From the NCBI GenBank assembly GCA_951406725.2, contig OX597817.1:22444001-22508000 (forward strand): a DNA stretch of 64,000 nt. Direction: 5' to 3'. Shown here piece by piece: positions 1 through 13,360 of this stretch. The position numbers and the translations under genes were made by a program. The stretch is from Octopus vulgaris. Lineage: Eukaryota. The notes under the pieces are model-generated. The model was not told where the DNA came from. It ran no database searches and was given only the letters and a program-made list of their open reading frames with translations. Each line of letters begins with the position of its first letter. The first letter of the stretch is position 1.

Positions 1-84
1 GCATAAATAGGAATATATATATATATATATATATATCATCATCATCATCATCATATATATATATATATATATATTATTATTATT

Positions 85-375
85 ACCATCACAGACCAGG
101 CTATCAGATGTTGCTACACATCGCTGGTCACAATGCGGTTCGCATTGTTTTAGCCTTCAAATGACGCTGCCCTGCTGGCTAAGCGAGCAGGCCAATAGAA
201 GAAAGAGTTAGAGAAAGTTGTGGTGAAAGAGTACAGCAGGGATTGCCACCACTCCATGCTGGAGCCTCGTGGAGCTTTTAGGTGTTTTTGCTCACAACGC
301 TTCGGTCAGGGAATTGAAACCACGATCCTATGACTGCGAGTCTGCTGCCCTAACAACTGGGCCATTGCACCTCCA
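85..375 (-). mobile_element. tRNA-derived SINE (family D-like)
   Basis: Minus strand begins TGGAGGTGCAATGGCCCAGTTGTTAGGGCAGC (A box) with GGTTTCAATTCC (B box). The body is shared with 13050-13360. Confidence 0.75.
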
Positions 376-388
376 CACATACACACAG

Positions 389-440
<52 letters not shown>

Positions 441-1036
441 GAACCATCTAAGTCAGGAGGTATAAGAGGTGATTATATATTTATTTAACCATGTGACATC
501 CTTAGAATTACAGCTGTTTTACACGCTTCTTCATGTAGTATTAATTTCAGTGTGGAAGAAATTAAGTTTACATGCTTAATGTGCATGCTTGGCATTTTAC
601 AATACAACTGTATATGCATGAACCAGTGCAAATAAAGAGCACTAGAACATCAGATCAGGGTCATCTGCTATTGAAGTAGTGTGCAGTTTATCTGTACATC
701 AACTGGATTTGTTTGTGGTGAATATGTAGAGATCATCTCTGCTGTCAATTTTTCTATGATAAATATACGTTTATTTTATCACATATTATGGCAAGCATAG
801 TAACTTTGTTTCATTCTCTGCTGAATAGCCAACCATAGATATTAGTGATGCTGCCTTCTAAGAATATTTCGTAAGTATTTCTTTGTCCTTGAAGAGTCTG
901 GCTTAAACATCCATCTTAACACTTGTATAAAGGACATTTCTAACTGCATCTCTTCAGATCTCTTTCCTTTTCATTATCTCAAAATTGAAGGTGCTAGCCC
1001 TAAAATTTTGCATCCAACAGGGAGAGAAGATTTTAA

Positions 1037-1256
1037 CCCTTTAGTTACCAACCCGGCTGAAACCAGCTCTGGCTCTGAGTACAAATGTCTTGTCTACATA
1101 AGTTTTGAATTAAAATCTTCCACCAAACCTTAGTCACAATTTATGTTCCTAACACTAGCTGAATGATAACTAAGTTATTTTACAAAATTCTTTGTTATAT
1201 TTAAAGTAATTGAAAGAAACAAAGAGCATCTCAAAATAAATACAGTAACGAAAGGG
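1037..1256. mobile_element. piggyBac-type MITE
   Basis: TTAA|CCCTTTAGTTAC...GTAACGAAAGGG|TTAA. Further copies at 31062 and 33403. Confidence 0.85.
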
Positions 1257-1564
1257 TTAAAGGTGTTTTGATTATTTGGGTCCATTTTCTGAATCTGAAC
1301 CACAGAGAGTTGGTGTAACGGTTTGATGACAATTTCTTACAGATGACTAAATATTCTCACTTTGTCACCACACTCCCATGTTAGTCTTGTATACACTATT
1401 AGTGTTGTTCATTGACTTGTTCGCATTGTTTTGGTCTATATTTCATAGGTGGATACCTTGCATGTTATCAAGATGCCCACACTAGGGAGTTCATCTGACA
1501 GAACTGAAAAACCCCTCTTTTCAATACTGCATTACTTTATATTCAGATGTACTGCTCACCTAGT

Positions 1565-1900
1565 GAAGGCTCATGGCTCAGTGGTTAGAGCATCGAGCTC
1601 ATGATCGTGAGGTTGTGAACTTGAATCCCTGACCGGGTTGTGTGTTGTGTTCTTGAGCAAGACACTTTATTTCATGTTGCTCCAGTTCACTCAGCTATAG
1701 AAATGAGTTGCAACATCAAAACTGTATCAGCCCCTTTGCCTTTCCCTTGGATAACACTGGTGGTGTGGAGAGGGGAGGCTGGTATGCATGGGGGACTGCT
1801 GGTCTTCCATAAACAACCTTGCCTGGACTTGTGCCTGGGAGGGTAACTTTCTAGGTGCAATCCCATGGTCAGTGTCGTGACCAAAGGAGGTCTAGACTGC
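1565..1900 (+). mobile_element. tRNA-derived SINE with Nin/Deu-like central motif
   Basis: TGGCTCAGTGGTTAGAGC head and CCAGTTCACTCAGCT...AAATGAGT core. Related to 55285-55540. Confidence 0.7.
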
Positions 1901-2992
1901 TCTCTTAGATGGGATGCACTCATCACAGCATATAAATTCTGTCTACTCCATGCAGATTTTTGTTTAGAGTTCTTGCTTTCTTAGATAGTTTGGTTAATCC
2001 AAACTTCAAATTCTGAAATACCTTCACTACAATATTATGCTAAATTCAATGAACCACCATGTTAAATATGCTATCCCACCTCATTGGATTTTTCGGAGAA
2101 GAAACTACAGAATGAAAGAGAGAGGAGAGAGAGAGAGAGAAAGACAGAAGGAGTGAGAAATGGAAGGATAGAGACAGAAGGAGAAATAGAGATGATGATG
2201 ATGGGAGAGACATGTGGGTGATGGAAAGAGGATGATAGTGACATATTGAGTGGTAGAGAGGTAGGAAGGGACAATAACAAAGAGAGGGAGAGAGAGAAGG
2301 AGGGAGAGAGAGAGAAATGTGTGATCAGAGAGCATAAATAAAATTTCTGGCAGTTAGAGATACCCTTAATAATAATAATGAAAGTGGTAGAAATAATAAT
2401 TATTGATTAGCTTAAACTTAGTTCTCTCCGTCTTGTGGCTTCCTTGAAAAATGTAATTATATGCCAAGTTCAGTGAGCCACTGTGTTGAACATGGCTGTT
2501 ACTTGTCTAAATGAATCTTCACTGAGAAACGAGGTGATTGGGTGAGAGACTGACCAAGAGAGAAAGAGATGGGGGGAGAGGAAGAGGAGATGGTGAGAGA
2601 AAGAAAAGTAGAGGAATAGAGACAGAGGTATATAAGGAGTGAAAGAAAGGCAACAACAGAGAGGGATGCTGTGATCAGAGAACTCATTTATATGTCATCA
2701 TCATCTTCATCATTACTATCATCATTGTTTAATGTTCATATTTCCATACTTGCATTGGTCAGACAGTATTTGTTTAGGCAGATTTTCTCTGGCCGATTCG
2801 GCCCTTCCAGTTGCCAATTTATGTTTCTGAAAGACCGCAAACTGTATAGATCGACGTGGGGATTAGTTATTTGATTTTGTTGAATTAAGTCAAATCCAAA
2901 TTTCTAGTTTTTTTGAGGATAAAACGGATTTGTACCAATACAGGGGATTGTTGGAAAAATGCAAGTCTTTTTGTATGCCATTATATCCAAAG

Positions 2993-3205
2993 TGGTGAGA
3001 TGGCTGAATTGTTAGCATGCCAGGCAAAAATGCTTAGCGGTATTTCGCCCATCACTACGTTGTGAGTTCAAATTCCACCGAGGTCGACTTTGCTTTCATC
3101 CTTTCAGGGTCAATAAGTTAAGTACCAGTGAAACACTAGGGTCGTGTAATCAAGTAGTCCCCTCCCCAAAAATTTCAAGCCTTGTACCTATAGTAGAAAG
3201 GATTA
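2993..3205 (+). mobile_element. SINE family A (diverged)
   Basis: GAGTTCAAATTCC B box and GTCGACTTTGCTTTCATCCTTTC core. Confidence 0.75.
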
Positions 3206-3589
3206 TATCAAATGCAGTTATAGTGAATCACAATTAATGGGACACTTCAACCGACACTGCTAAGTTAGATATAATTTCTAACAGTTGCAGATACCTTTAA
3301 GAATAATAAGAGCAGATGGAAATATGGTTGTCTCTATGGTTCTACATGTAAGATGAGAAATTCTTAGCTAAAGATTGACTTGTATAGTGGTGGTTTATAT
3401 TATAAATCAAATGAAGCAGGTTTTTTAATGCTTTGACTTTGAAGTTAGGAATTTTTCAACTTTAAAACTAAAAAATTAACTGTAAAACCAAAAACTATAA
3501 ATAATATTTGTAGCCACTCTAACATGACTATCCATTTGAGTGGACTCTACTGTGATATTTTAACCCCAAGTGGACATCTCCTCTAGCTG

Positions 3590-4030
3590 TGCAAACTTCA
3601 GAGAGCTCCTACCTCTGTTGGTACATAAGGGCCTCTCTTTCAGAGTGAAAGGCTTATTGTATTATGCCTGAGTGCAAACAGCCATGCTACGTAACAGTGA
3701 AACATGGGCTGTGACAACCAAGAACATGCATAGACTTCAAAGAAATGATGCTTGTATGCTTCACTGGATGTGTAATGTCAGTGTGCATGAACGAAAGAGT
3801 GTAAGCATCTTGAGAGAAAAGTTGGGTATAAGAGGCATCATATGCTGTGTGCAAGAGAGATGACTGAATTGGTATGGTCATGTGATGCATATGGATGAGG
3901 ACAGCTGTGTAAAGAAGTGACAGTCTCTAACTGAAGAAGGAACTTGTGGAAGAAGTAGACCCAGGAGGACATGGGACGAGATGGTGAAGCATGATCTTTG
4001 AATGGAGGCAATGATAAGTGACTGAGACCT
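3590..4030 (+). pseudogene. RTE-clade LINE, 3' RT fragment (decayed)
   Basis: Translates to ...SETWAVT...MLHWMCNVS...LREKLGIRGI...WYGHVM...GRSRPRRTWDE, with stops. Confidence 0.8.
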
Positions 4031-4660
4031 TTAGTGATATGCCATGCTTTAGCGATACACCATGCTTAAGAAGACCTGTGAAACCAAGTGAAATCATCGT
4101 CATGGCCAATGCTGGTGTCATTTAATTGGCACCCATGCTGGTGGCACATAAAATGCAACCATAAAACATTGGGCCTCACAAATGCAATGATAAGTGTCTG
4201 AGACCTTTAGTGATATGCCATGCTTTAGCGATACACCATGCTTAAGAAGACCTGTGAAACCAAGTGAAATCATCGTCATGGCCAATGCTGGTGTCATGTA
4301 ATTGGCACCCACAATGGTGGCACATAAAATGCAACCATCGAATATTGGGCCTCACAGATGCAATGATAAGTGACTGAGATCTTTGGTGAGAAGCTGTGCT
4401 TCAGAACACTGACCAAATCATAGTCATGGCCAATGCCAGTGTCACATAACTGACACCCATCCCAGTGGCATGTAAAAAGCCTCCATTTCCCTCTCGGAGT
4501 GGTTGGTGTTAGGAAAGGCATCCAGCCACATAGAAACCATGCCAAATCAGATTGGAACCTTGTGCAGCCTTTGAGTTTACCAGTTGCAATCGAACCGTCT
4601 AACCCATGCCAGCATGAAACGCAGACACTAAAAGAAATGATGATGGTGATGATGATGAAC
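4008..4660 (+). repeat. Tandem ~176 bp duplications at the LINE 3' end, followed by a family C end with (GAT)n tail
   Basis: GCAATGATAAGTG.CTGAGA unit at ~4008, 4184 and 4360. AACCCATGCCAGCATG...GATGATG tail. Confidence 0.75.
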
Positions 4661-4739
4661 ATCAACTTTTTGCCAAAGAATGAATATGAAAAGAGACTGA
4701 AGCCTTGTATCTGAATATTCATGGAGTTCTAGAACAGGA

Positions 4740-5080
4740 ACTTTTGATCTTCATGCAGGCTATCAATTTCTAGTTGTGAAGAAAATTACACATTTGGACA
4801 GTACAATTTCCAACAAAAGTAGCCAAGATACAGAGGTGAATCTATAAATACAGTCAGACGTAGTCATTTTCAGAAAGCTCAATAATTGATTGTGAAAACA
4901 ACAATGCATAAAGCTGTCAACAGAATATGAAGTATATCAAGCAATAGTACAATTTCATGTGTGTACCGAGCTGTGACGTACGCACTGTTTCATAGGCTTA
5001 TCAAAAAGTTAATGTGCTTCCAGATGCAACAGCTATGATCTATATGTGGCAAGGCCATATTTGCAACTGTGAGGTTCTGT
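4740..5080 (+). pseudogene. Highly decayed RTE-like RT fragment
   Basis: Residual VV..ITHLDSTIS...DTEVN...FRKL pattern resembling the RTE 'F.YLGS.IS...EV..RI' region. Confidence 0.4.
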
Positions 5081-5090
5081 TTATATACCT

Positions 5091-5320
5091 ATTTCTTTAC
5101 TACTCACAAGGGGCTAAACACAGAGGGAATAAACAAGGACACACAAACGGATTAAGTCGATTACATCGACCCCAGTGCGTAACTGGTACTTAATTTATCG
5201 ACCCTGAAAGGATGAAAGGCAAAGTCGACCTCGGCAGAATTTGAACTCAGAACGCAACGGCAGACGAAATACCGCTAAGTATTTCGCCCGGCATGCTACC
5301 GTCCCTGCCAGCTCGCCACC
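5091..5320 (-). mobile_element. SINE family A
   Basis: Full ~230 bp copy, the reverse complement of 5604-5835. Confidence 0.9.
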
Positions 5321-5603
5321 TTATATACCTAATGCTTATATACCTTATATACCTAATGTTTATATACCTAATGCTGAGTGTATCCTACAGGAATTGCAGG
5401 GGTGGTGGGTGAGATACCTGTCCTATATGTTGTTCTAGTTTCCCTAAGGACAAACTCTATGGTGAGTTGAAAGGAAGAAACTATTGACACGAGCATCCAA
5501 ATATCCATTATGAAGATATTATCAAACAATATATTAAAGAGAGTGTGGCTTGATTGCGAGTGCATGTGAGAAAACAACAATTGACTGCATACAATACAAT
5601 ACT

Positions 5604-5835
5604 AGGCGGTGAGCTGGCAGAAACATTAACACGCCGGGCGCAATGCGTAGCCGTATTTTGTCTGTCGTTACGTTCCGAGTTCAAATTCCGCCAAGGTCGA
5701 CTTTGCCTTTCATCCTTTCGGGGTCGATAAATTAAGTACCAGTTAAGCACTGGGGTCGATGTAATCGACTTAATCCCTTTGTCTGTCCTTGTTTGTCCCC
5801 TCTGTGTTTAGCCACTTGTGGGTAGTAAAGAAATA
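5604..5835 (+). mobile_element. SINE family A with TSD
   Basis: GGCGGTGAGCTGGCAGAA head and GTTCAAATTCC B box, flanked by the direct repeat AATTGACTGCATACAATA. Confidence 0.9.
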
Positions 5836-7924
5836 AAAATTGACTGCATACAATATTGGGTGGGTTATAAAGAAAGGGGGTAAATGATACAGAGTCAAAA
5901 TGAAGGAAATAGCTAGAAGAAAAGAAAAAAGTTAGTGCAATATCCATTACAATAGCCCTAGTAGTAGTTTTCTGCGGTCCATGAGAGTAGAGTTATACTA
6001 GCACCTCTGGTCTACAATCTCAAGAAATAACAAAGCATCACTAATAAATTTTCTCCACTACATTTACAAGAAAAAACAAACACTGCCTCTCCTACTATCA
6101 AGTCATAAATGGTTTCATGTGGCTGCCAAGAGGAACAGACACATACTTACATGCTCACTCATGTAAACATGATGCTCACAAACAACATACATACATGCAC
6201 ATACATGCATATGCAAGTAAACTATTTGCAAAAGCCAATAGGCAAACAACTATTTGGTTGTTCAGTCTGCTAGTAATAGCAATAAAATATACTTACGGAT
6301 CTGAAAGAGCAATGTAAACCTAAATAGAGTGTGTCAGCAATAAAATGTCTTAGTCAAGGCTGGTGAACATTTAATCTTAGGTTTGCGGAATCTGAGGGTT
6401 GACCTAGGTAAAATGGTATTTATTATTTAAGTTTGTATATAATGTTTTTGTGAAGTTTCTCATATAAACACTTATATGTAAAATATATACAAAGATAATG
6501 TTTATAAAATATACCACTATCACCACAAAATACATAAGCACATCCAAGACCTGAATGCTATTTAAACTTCACATTAATTGCTTTCTTTAAAACATTCCAG
6601 ACAAACGAATTTTACATGTCTATGTTTCTGTAAAGACCAGCGCTATGCTTGAACGAACAAAAGTAATAACATTTGGGTGTAAGATACAGTGACATATAGG
6701 GTTATTGAATTAGCTACCATCTGAAACATTATTATCAGGCATTTAACCAATCCATGGCTAATAGCAGAAAGGATTTTGGAAATCAGTGAGGATTATTTAC
6801 CAAAAATTTAGTCGTTGGAAAAACATTTTTAATGAAATAAATAATTCTGAATAAAATCATTCACAGTAATATGGAAAATAAACATTGCATATATTTTAAA
6901 TCACTTTTTCCATTTCTTTTTGAGATACTTTTAAATGTATTCACACATACATGCTACTCCCTCTTTCTCTGTCTCTTATATATATATGTACATTATACAC
7001 ACACACACAGATAGATAAACAAATGCAGAGAGAGAGAGAGAAAGGTGGAGAGACATTATGTACCTATATTTCTTGTTTATGAAAATTGCACTGAATATTT
7101 TTTAAAAATATTTTTACCATGATCAATCAATAAATATTCAATCGATATTTATTTCACACAAGTGAGATAAACAGAGTCAACTATCTGACTTTTCCCATCA
7201 AATGTTGCAATCAAAGAGTGATCAAATCTATTCACTTCATGAGAGAGAGGGAAAGAGAGAAAAAGGAGAGAGAGAGAGAGAGAGCAAGAAGAGAGAGAGG
7301 CTCACAAAACTATACTCAGGAATCAGGGAAATATTTGGTTTTTAAACAAATTTAATAATCCAAATGCTCGCCATCATCACTGTCATCGTCATCATCAACA
7401 TCAGTGTCATCATCAGTATCATTAGTAGTGATAACAGCAGTGACGCTTTGTCAGCGTCATCACAATCATTATCTCTTTACATCTGTTCACCATATAGACA
7501 TTTCAGAAGAAATATAGTCAATCATGGCCATCATTATGCAGAGTCACAAGTTATAGAATCAAAAATAGATCACTCTTCTCTACTGACTTCAGCTTTGGCT
7601 CTGAGCTGCTGTAATCCAGTTGCTGATATGATTGCTTAATCTCCTCATTTGGCATTTAGGTACAGCCTTGTATCTAATGAGAACTAATGAAAAACCTACA
7701 GCTCTTATATCCATTGCTACCTCCTATTATTATATGCGCAATGCAATATATAACTATATACTTAATACACCAGAGCAAACTGATTTACATTTTCCAAATA
7801 CAGTCAGAGGTATTTTTGAAAATTTGTAATACATTCCAGGGATTCTCTATTTTATGTTCCAAGGATGAACAAAGGTACACAACATTATTTACATTATTTA
7901 CATTGGTACTCTTGTTTTAGATTA

Positions 7925-8205
7925 TGAGAATTCCAGCTGATCTGATCAATGGAACAGCCTGTTTGTGAATTTAACTTACATGTGACTGAGCACTACACAG
8001 GTACATGTACCCTTAATGTAGTCCTCAGGGAGGTTTTGTGTGACATAGAATATGACAAGGCTGGCCCTTTAAAATAGAGGTACTACTCATTTTTGCCAGC
8101 TGAGTGAACTGGAGCAATATGAATTAAAGTGTCTTGCTCCAGAACATAACATATCACCAGGAATTGAAATCACAACCTTATGATCATGAGTCAAATACCC
8201 TAACC
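7925..8205 (-). mobile_element. Diverged tRNA-derived SINE
   Basis: ACTCATTTTTGCCAGCTGAGTGAACTGGAGCAA is the reverse complement of the core in 55285-55540. Confidence 0.65.
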
Positions 8206-8604
8206 AGTGCTAGATACGCAAACAATCACCATGGAGATGATTGACTTGTAATGCAAAGCAGATGGAGGGACACAGGCCAGTATAATTTATCCTGTTTGTT
8301 TTATATATAAATAGTAATATATATACAGTCTTTTGGAACAAGCAAAAATGCTAGTTCTAAAATCTCTCGAAGCGATCAACATGGTAGTTGTACTGACAAG
8401 TAATACTCATAGCAACTTTAACATGGTTGTTCGTTCAAGTGGACTCTATTGTAATTTTTTAATCTCTAGAGGACATCACCTCTAGCTGGTTGGCGATGTA
8501 CAGTCCAGTACTGAGGAATGGCAGAAATAGCCCCAAACCAGGACTGGTCTACTGGTCCCATTGCTAGGAGATGGTAGGGGTTCACTCCCGTGCTTGCTAT
8601 TTTA

Positions 8605-8748
8605 TTGGCGTTAGGAAGGGCATCCAGCCGTAGAAACACTGCCAGATCAGACTGAGCCTGATGCAGCCTTCTGGCTTCCCAGACCCCAGTTGAACCGTCC
8701 AACCCATGCTAGCATGGAAAGCGGACGCTAAATGATGATGATGATGAT
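8605..8748 (+). mobile_element. Family C 3' end with (GAT)n tail
   Basis: TTGGCGTTAGGAAGGGCATCCAGCC...AACCCATGCTAGCATGGAAAGCGGACG...GATGATG. Confidence 0.85.
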
Positions 8749-8759
8749 GAACTTGCACA

Positions 8760-9350
8760 TATCGCTAAAGGTCTTAGTCACTTGTCATTGCCTCCATTCA
8801 AAGATCATGCTTCACCATCTCGTCCCATGTCCTCCTGGGTCTACTTCTTCCACAAGTTCCTTCTTCAGTTAGAGACTGTCACTTCTTTACACAACTGTCC
8901 TCGTCCATATGCATCACATGACCATACCATTGCAAGCATCTCTTTTGCACACAGCATGTGATGCCTCTTATGCCCAACTTTCTCTCAAGATGCTTACACT
9001 CTGTCGTTCATGCTCACTGACATTACACATCCAGTGAAGCATACTAGCATCATTTTTTTGAAGCCTGTGCATGTCCTTGGTTGTCACAGCCCATGTTTCA
9101 CTGTTGTATAGCATGGCTGTTTTCACTCAGGCATAATATAATAAGCCTTTCACTCTGAAGGAGAGGCCATTAGGTACCAACTGATTGGCTGTACCCAAGG
9201 AGCTCTCTGAACTTTGCCCAGCTTATTCTTATTCTAGCAGCTATGCTCTCAGACCATTCACTTCCACTACTGGCTTGGTCACCTGTATGATGGAAGCTAT
9301 CGACTACCTCTAGCTCCCTACCACAGCATTTGATGGAGTCTATGTTGTGC
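8760..9350 (-). pseudogene. RTE-clade LINE RT fragment
   Basis: ORF track shows LEVVDSF...SIAARIRISWAKFREL. Its 3' part is a near-identical reverse complement of 3630-4030. Confidence 0.8.
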
Positions 9351-9789
9351 ATTCAAAATAGTGTATCATTCTCTGGAATGTTCTAGGAACGGGCCACTGG
9401 TACTGAATCATTAGTGCAAAGGAGTTCCTGAATACACGCATTATGATCCTTCCGAATAAATCTTAGCCTAGATATACATGCAAAAACATACACTTTACTT
9501 GTGATTTGTTTGCTACTCTTTCAGGACTGGCGCCCAGAAATAATGCAAATAGACTTCAAGGAAGAAAAAAGCACTGTTTAACTTCATAGCTGTGTAGATA
9601 TAGGACCAATCTGTCAAACACAAAAGAGAATATAGCAGATATATTATCATGAAACTGATTGGCTGTACCCAAGATTTGCTTGGATAGTCATATCTTTTAG
9701 GCAAGGTTCATAATTCCTCCTTCTCTTTCTCTGTTGTTTAAATCCTTTAGAAAGTCAATGAATATGATGAAAAGTGATGTATAGTTTTT

Positions 9790-10293
9790 TTCTTTTCTCT
9801 CTAGTTTCAGCTCAGAGCTGCAGCCATGCTGATGCACCGCCGTTTTCCTACACTGTTATTACTAAGAGCCTCCTCTAATATGTGGCACTTGGTGAAGAAT
9901 GGAGTTTGATTTAGCTACCCTCATTTTCACCTCTTGCCATGAGGTAGGTTGATCTGGGACTCTCGACAGGAAGAGGTCCAGCTTTGATTTAAAACCCCCT
10001 ACATCTACTTTGTGCAAGTTCCTCAGACTCTTTGGGAGAATATTAAAAAGCTGTGGGCACTTGAAATCCAGGCTGTTGCAGTAACTGGTCCTGAAGCGTG
10101 ATGGCAATGCTGGGATCTTTGGCACTATGCAGTGTCGTCCCATTCTGGCATTGGTGTAGCTTTCAATGCCAAAATTTGGCACACTTCCTCCCAGGATCTT
10201 CCAGACATATATTACTGCATACCTCTCCCGTCGTCTCTCCAGGGAGTAGATTCTTAGCTGTTTCAACCTTTCCCAGTAGCTGAGCTGTGGCAA
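9790..10293 (-). mobile_element. CR1-clade LINE 3' fragment with 3' UTR
   Basis: LSYWERLKQLRIYSLERRRERY...LFNILPKSLR...FKSKLDLFL, followed by a stem-loop tail CAGCTCTGAGCTG. Confidence 0.85.
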
Positions 10294-10581
10294 AGAAATG
10301 ATCTTCTTTGTGAATCTTCCTGAGTTTTCCTGAATTTATTGTTAGATACAAATCATCACTGTTTTAGCATATTTAAGTGTCTATGCTCTTACAAGGACAT
10401 ATAAGCAGAATGTACCTGAAAGTTAAATTAAATTGGTATTTAAAAGATATATTCGGAATATCTGTGGTTATTGGTGGAACAAAAATTACTTGTCACTCCA
10501 CTCAGTTCATAAATCTGAGTGGAGTAACTGGATGGCTGTTCAGATATGGGTTGTAGGTAATATCTCATCTGAGTGTTCATG

Positions 10582-10603
10582 CACACACACACACACACAC
10601 ACG

Positions 10604-10668
<65 letters not shown>
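10582..10668. repeat. (CA)n microsatellite
   Basis: Read directly from the sequence. Confidence 0.95.
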
Positions 10669-10670
<2 letters not shown>

Positions 10671-11854
10671 TTAACTATTAGATCTGATGATAGCTGTCTA
10701 TTTCCTGATCATATGCTGTTATGTTGGATTTTAGCACCAAACAGCCTTCACCTCATTGTAAATTTCCTTCACATAATTAGTTATAGTAAATGCAGTATGG
10801 TGAAAGATATAATGATTGTCTATTCCATTCTCTACACATTTATATTCTCACAAATATATATTCTTTTCACTGTCAGTTTTTCATAGAATTTATTTGCTGG
10901 ACTCTTTGCTGAAAAATTCAGTTTATATGTCTTCTGTTTTAATCTATCACGTACCACTTTTCCCATTGTTGTATATATTTCATACGAGACTGTTTAGTCA
11001 ATTAAATGCATGAAGAAATTATACTGGTGTTTATTACTCTGCTTGCATTCGTTTCCTAAGCTGTCAACAGAAGCAGCAGGTATTGTATGGTTCATTGAGT
11101 AATTAATTATTGGGTAAAATATGTCATTGTTCCATCATGCTTCCATGGAAAAAAGGATTATACAGAAGAATAGAAATGTCTGTATAATTAAATGACTCTG
11201 TGTGTGTTTGTGTGTGTGTGTGTGTGTGCTGGTTTAGATACCTCTGTATGTAAGCGTGCATGAATAAATATGCATATTTTAATTTTGAAATATGAATTTA
11301 TTTCAGCAATACATTTGAATATATTAAACTGAGCATACAAGTACATTGAAACACAATGAGTAAAAGAAAAAAAATATTAGCAATTTGTTTAACTTCTTCT
11401 CAGCCTGATATAACAGGTCCGTGATTAAAATTTCATCATTTCAGCACACATGGTGTACCTAGGCTTACATAATAAAAATGTGTCCTTCCTTTTTCTGAAA
11501 CAGTAAATTATGATATAAGGAAGTTTAGATTAATATTTATAGCAGGCTTTGCAAATAAAAAATGGAAGGGAAAAAAAAAGACCATGAATACACCATGGCA
11601 TTTTATGAACATTTCTAAATAGTAAGCTTGCTTCTTCAGAACCAGATAACAAGAATGAATACTGATGATAGCAGCCAGAATTCTGAAATACTTAGATTTC
11701 TTTCTCTTGGTTACAATGTGAGAGCAAATGTTAGTTAACACTGAATATTTTCTTGCCAGCTGATGCATTTAACACTACTGTTAGTTATGCTATAAAGAAT
11801 GAAAATAATATCGCACATCCTTTTATTACTTACATATGTGAGTCAGTCATTATC

Positions 11855-12290
11855 ATCATCATCATCATCGTTTAACGTTCGTTTTCCATGGGTTGGACGG
11901 TTCGACCAGGATCTGGGAAGCCAGAAGGCTGCACCAGGCTCCAGTCTGACCTGGCAGTGTTTCTACAGCTGGATGCCCTTCCTAACACCAACCACTCCGT
12001 GAGTGTAGTGGGTGCTTTTTACATGCCACCAGCACAGGTGCCAAGCAAGGCTGGCAACGGCCACGATTGGATTGGTGCTTTTTATGTGCCACCAGCACGG
12101 AAGCCAGTCAAGGTAGCGCTGGCATCGGCCATGTTCGGATGGTGCTTTTTACATGCACGGAAGCCAGTCGAGGCGGCATTGGCATTGGCCACGTTCAGAC
12201 GGTGCTTTTTATGTGCCACCAGCACAGGGATCACAACTACAATTTCCATTGATTTTAGATGTCGATGTACTTGACTCAATAGGTCTCCCT
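11855..12290 (-). mobile_element. Family C element with internal ~60 bp tandem repeats
   Basis: (CAT)n tail, the family C body, and repeated GGTGCTTTTTA.ATG..CCACCAGCAC units. Confidence 0.85.
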
Positions 12291-13049
12291 ATTTCTTTAT
12301 ATTTAGTTCAGAATCCAGTATCAATAAAACAGATCTAAAATGCCTAACTGAAAATTCTTTTTCTGCAAAATAGGGGTAGTTTATCCTGTTCATGATATAT
12401 TATTAGCATTATCCTGCCTTTGAGAATAAAAAAAAATAAATTCTTTAACTTTCTAAGACATCTCAAACATTTCTAAAACAAACTTCGTTTGTTTGTTTAC
12501 TTATTTTTCTATTTTAGGTTCGTCTTTTCTATCTTGACCATCATCCTCATCCTGTGTTTATTGCTGGTCTAAATTTAGGTCTTTATCATTGAATTTAACA
12601 CCTACAAGTCAAGAAACATTTAGACTTTATTGTCATCTATTCTAGACATTGCAATATGTCAACTAAGTTAAGTGACTTCTGCTATGAACTTCACCTCTAA
12701 TTTATAAGAATTATTTACACAAAGAATTATATTTTCCCAGACATCTCTCATGTTGCTAGCTATTACTTCATTCTGTACATAACAAAATATTTAGTAATAC
12801 ATTCTTTGATAAAGTTCTAAAAATCTGTATGATTGATTGCATTTTCTCCTGTTGCTTTTCAAGAGCCTGGACAAACATTTTGAACGTCTTCAACTTGAAA
12901 TATTGTTATTTGGTTACCAACTCTGTGGTGGCAATGCTGTCATATTGGGTGGCAAATATACAACTTTAAGTAACTAGAATCACTAAGTACAGTTAGGTGA
13001 CTAACTCTTTTCTAGAATCTAGATTTGTATAATTACAATATCTATTTTG

Positions 13050-13360
13050 TGGAGGCACATGGCCTAGTGGTTAGAGCAGCAGACTCGTGGTTGAGGGATC
13101 GCAGGTTCGAATCTCAGACCGGGCGACGTGTGTGTTTATGAGCGAAACACCTAAGCTCCACGCGGCTCTGGCAGAAGGTAATGGTGAAACTTCTGCTGAC
13201 TCTTTCACCACAACTTTCTCTCACTCTTTCCTCCTGCATCTTGCAGCTCACCTGCAATGGACCAGTGTCCCATCCAGGTGGGGAACCTATACTCCAAGAA
13301 ACCGGGAAACCGGCCCTTATGAGCCAGGCATGGCTCGAGAAGGAACAAACAAACAAACAA
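13050..13360 (+). mobile_element. tRNA-derived SINE family D
   Basis: TGGCCTAGTGGTTAGAGC A box, GGTTCGAATC B box and (AAAC)n tail. Near-identical to 58185-58485. Confidence 0.9.

Noticed and set aside
860-1560. Possible ancient GIY-YIG/PLE remnant on the minus strand
   Set aside because: Only a faint VYK-like trace, too decayed to support by eye.
13050-13125. tRNA genes at SINE heads
   Set aside because: A/B boxes are present, but they run into multi-copy SINE bodies with tails and TSDs. No clean cloverleaf.
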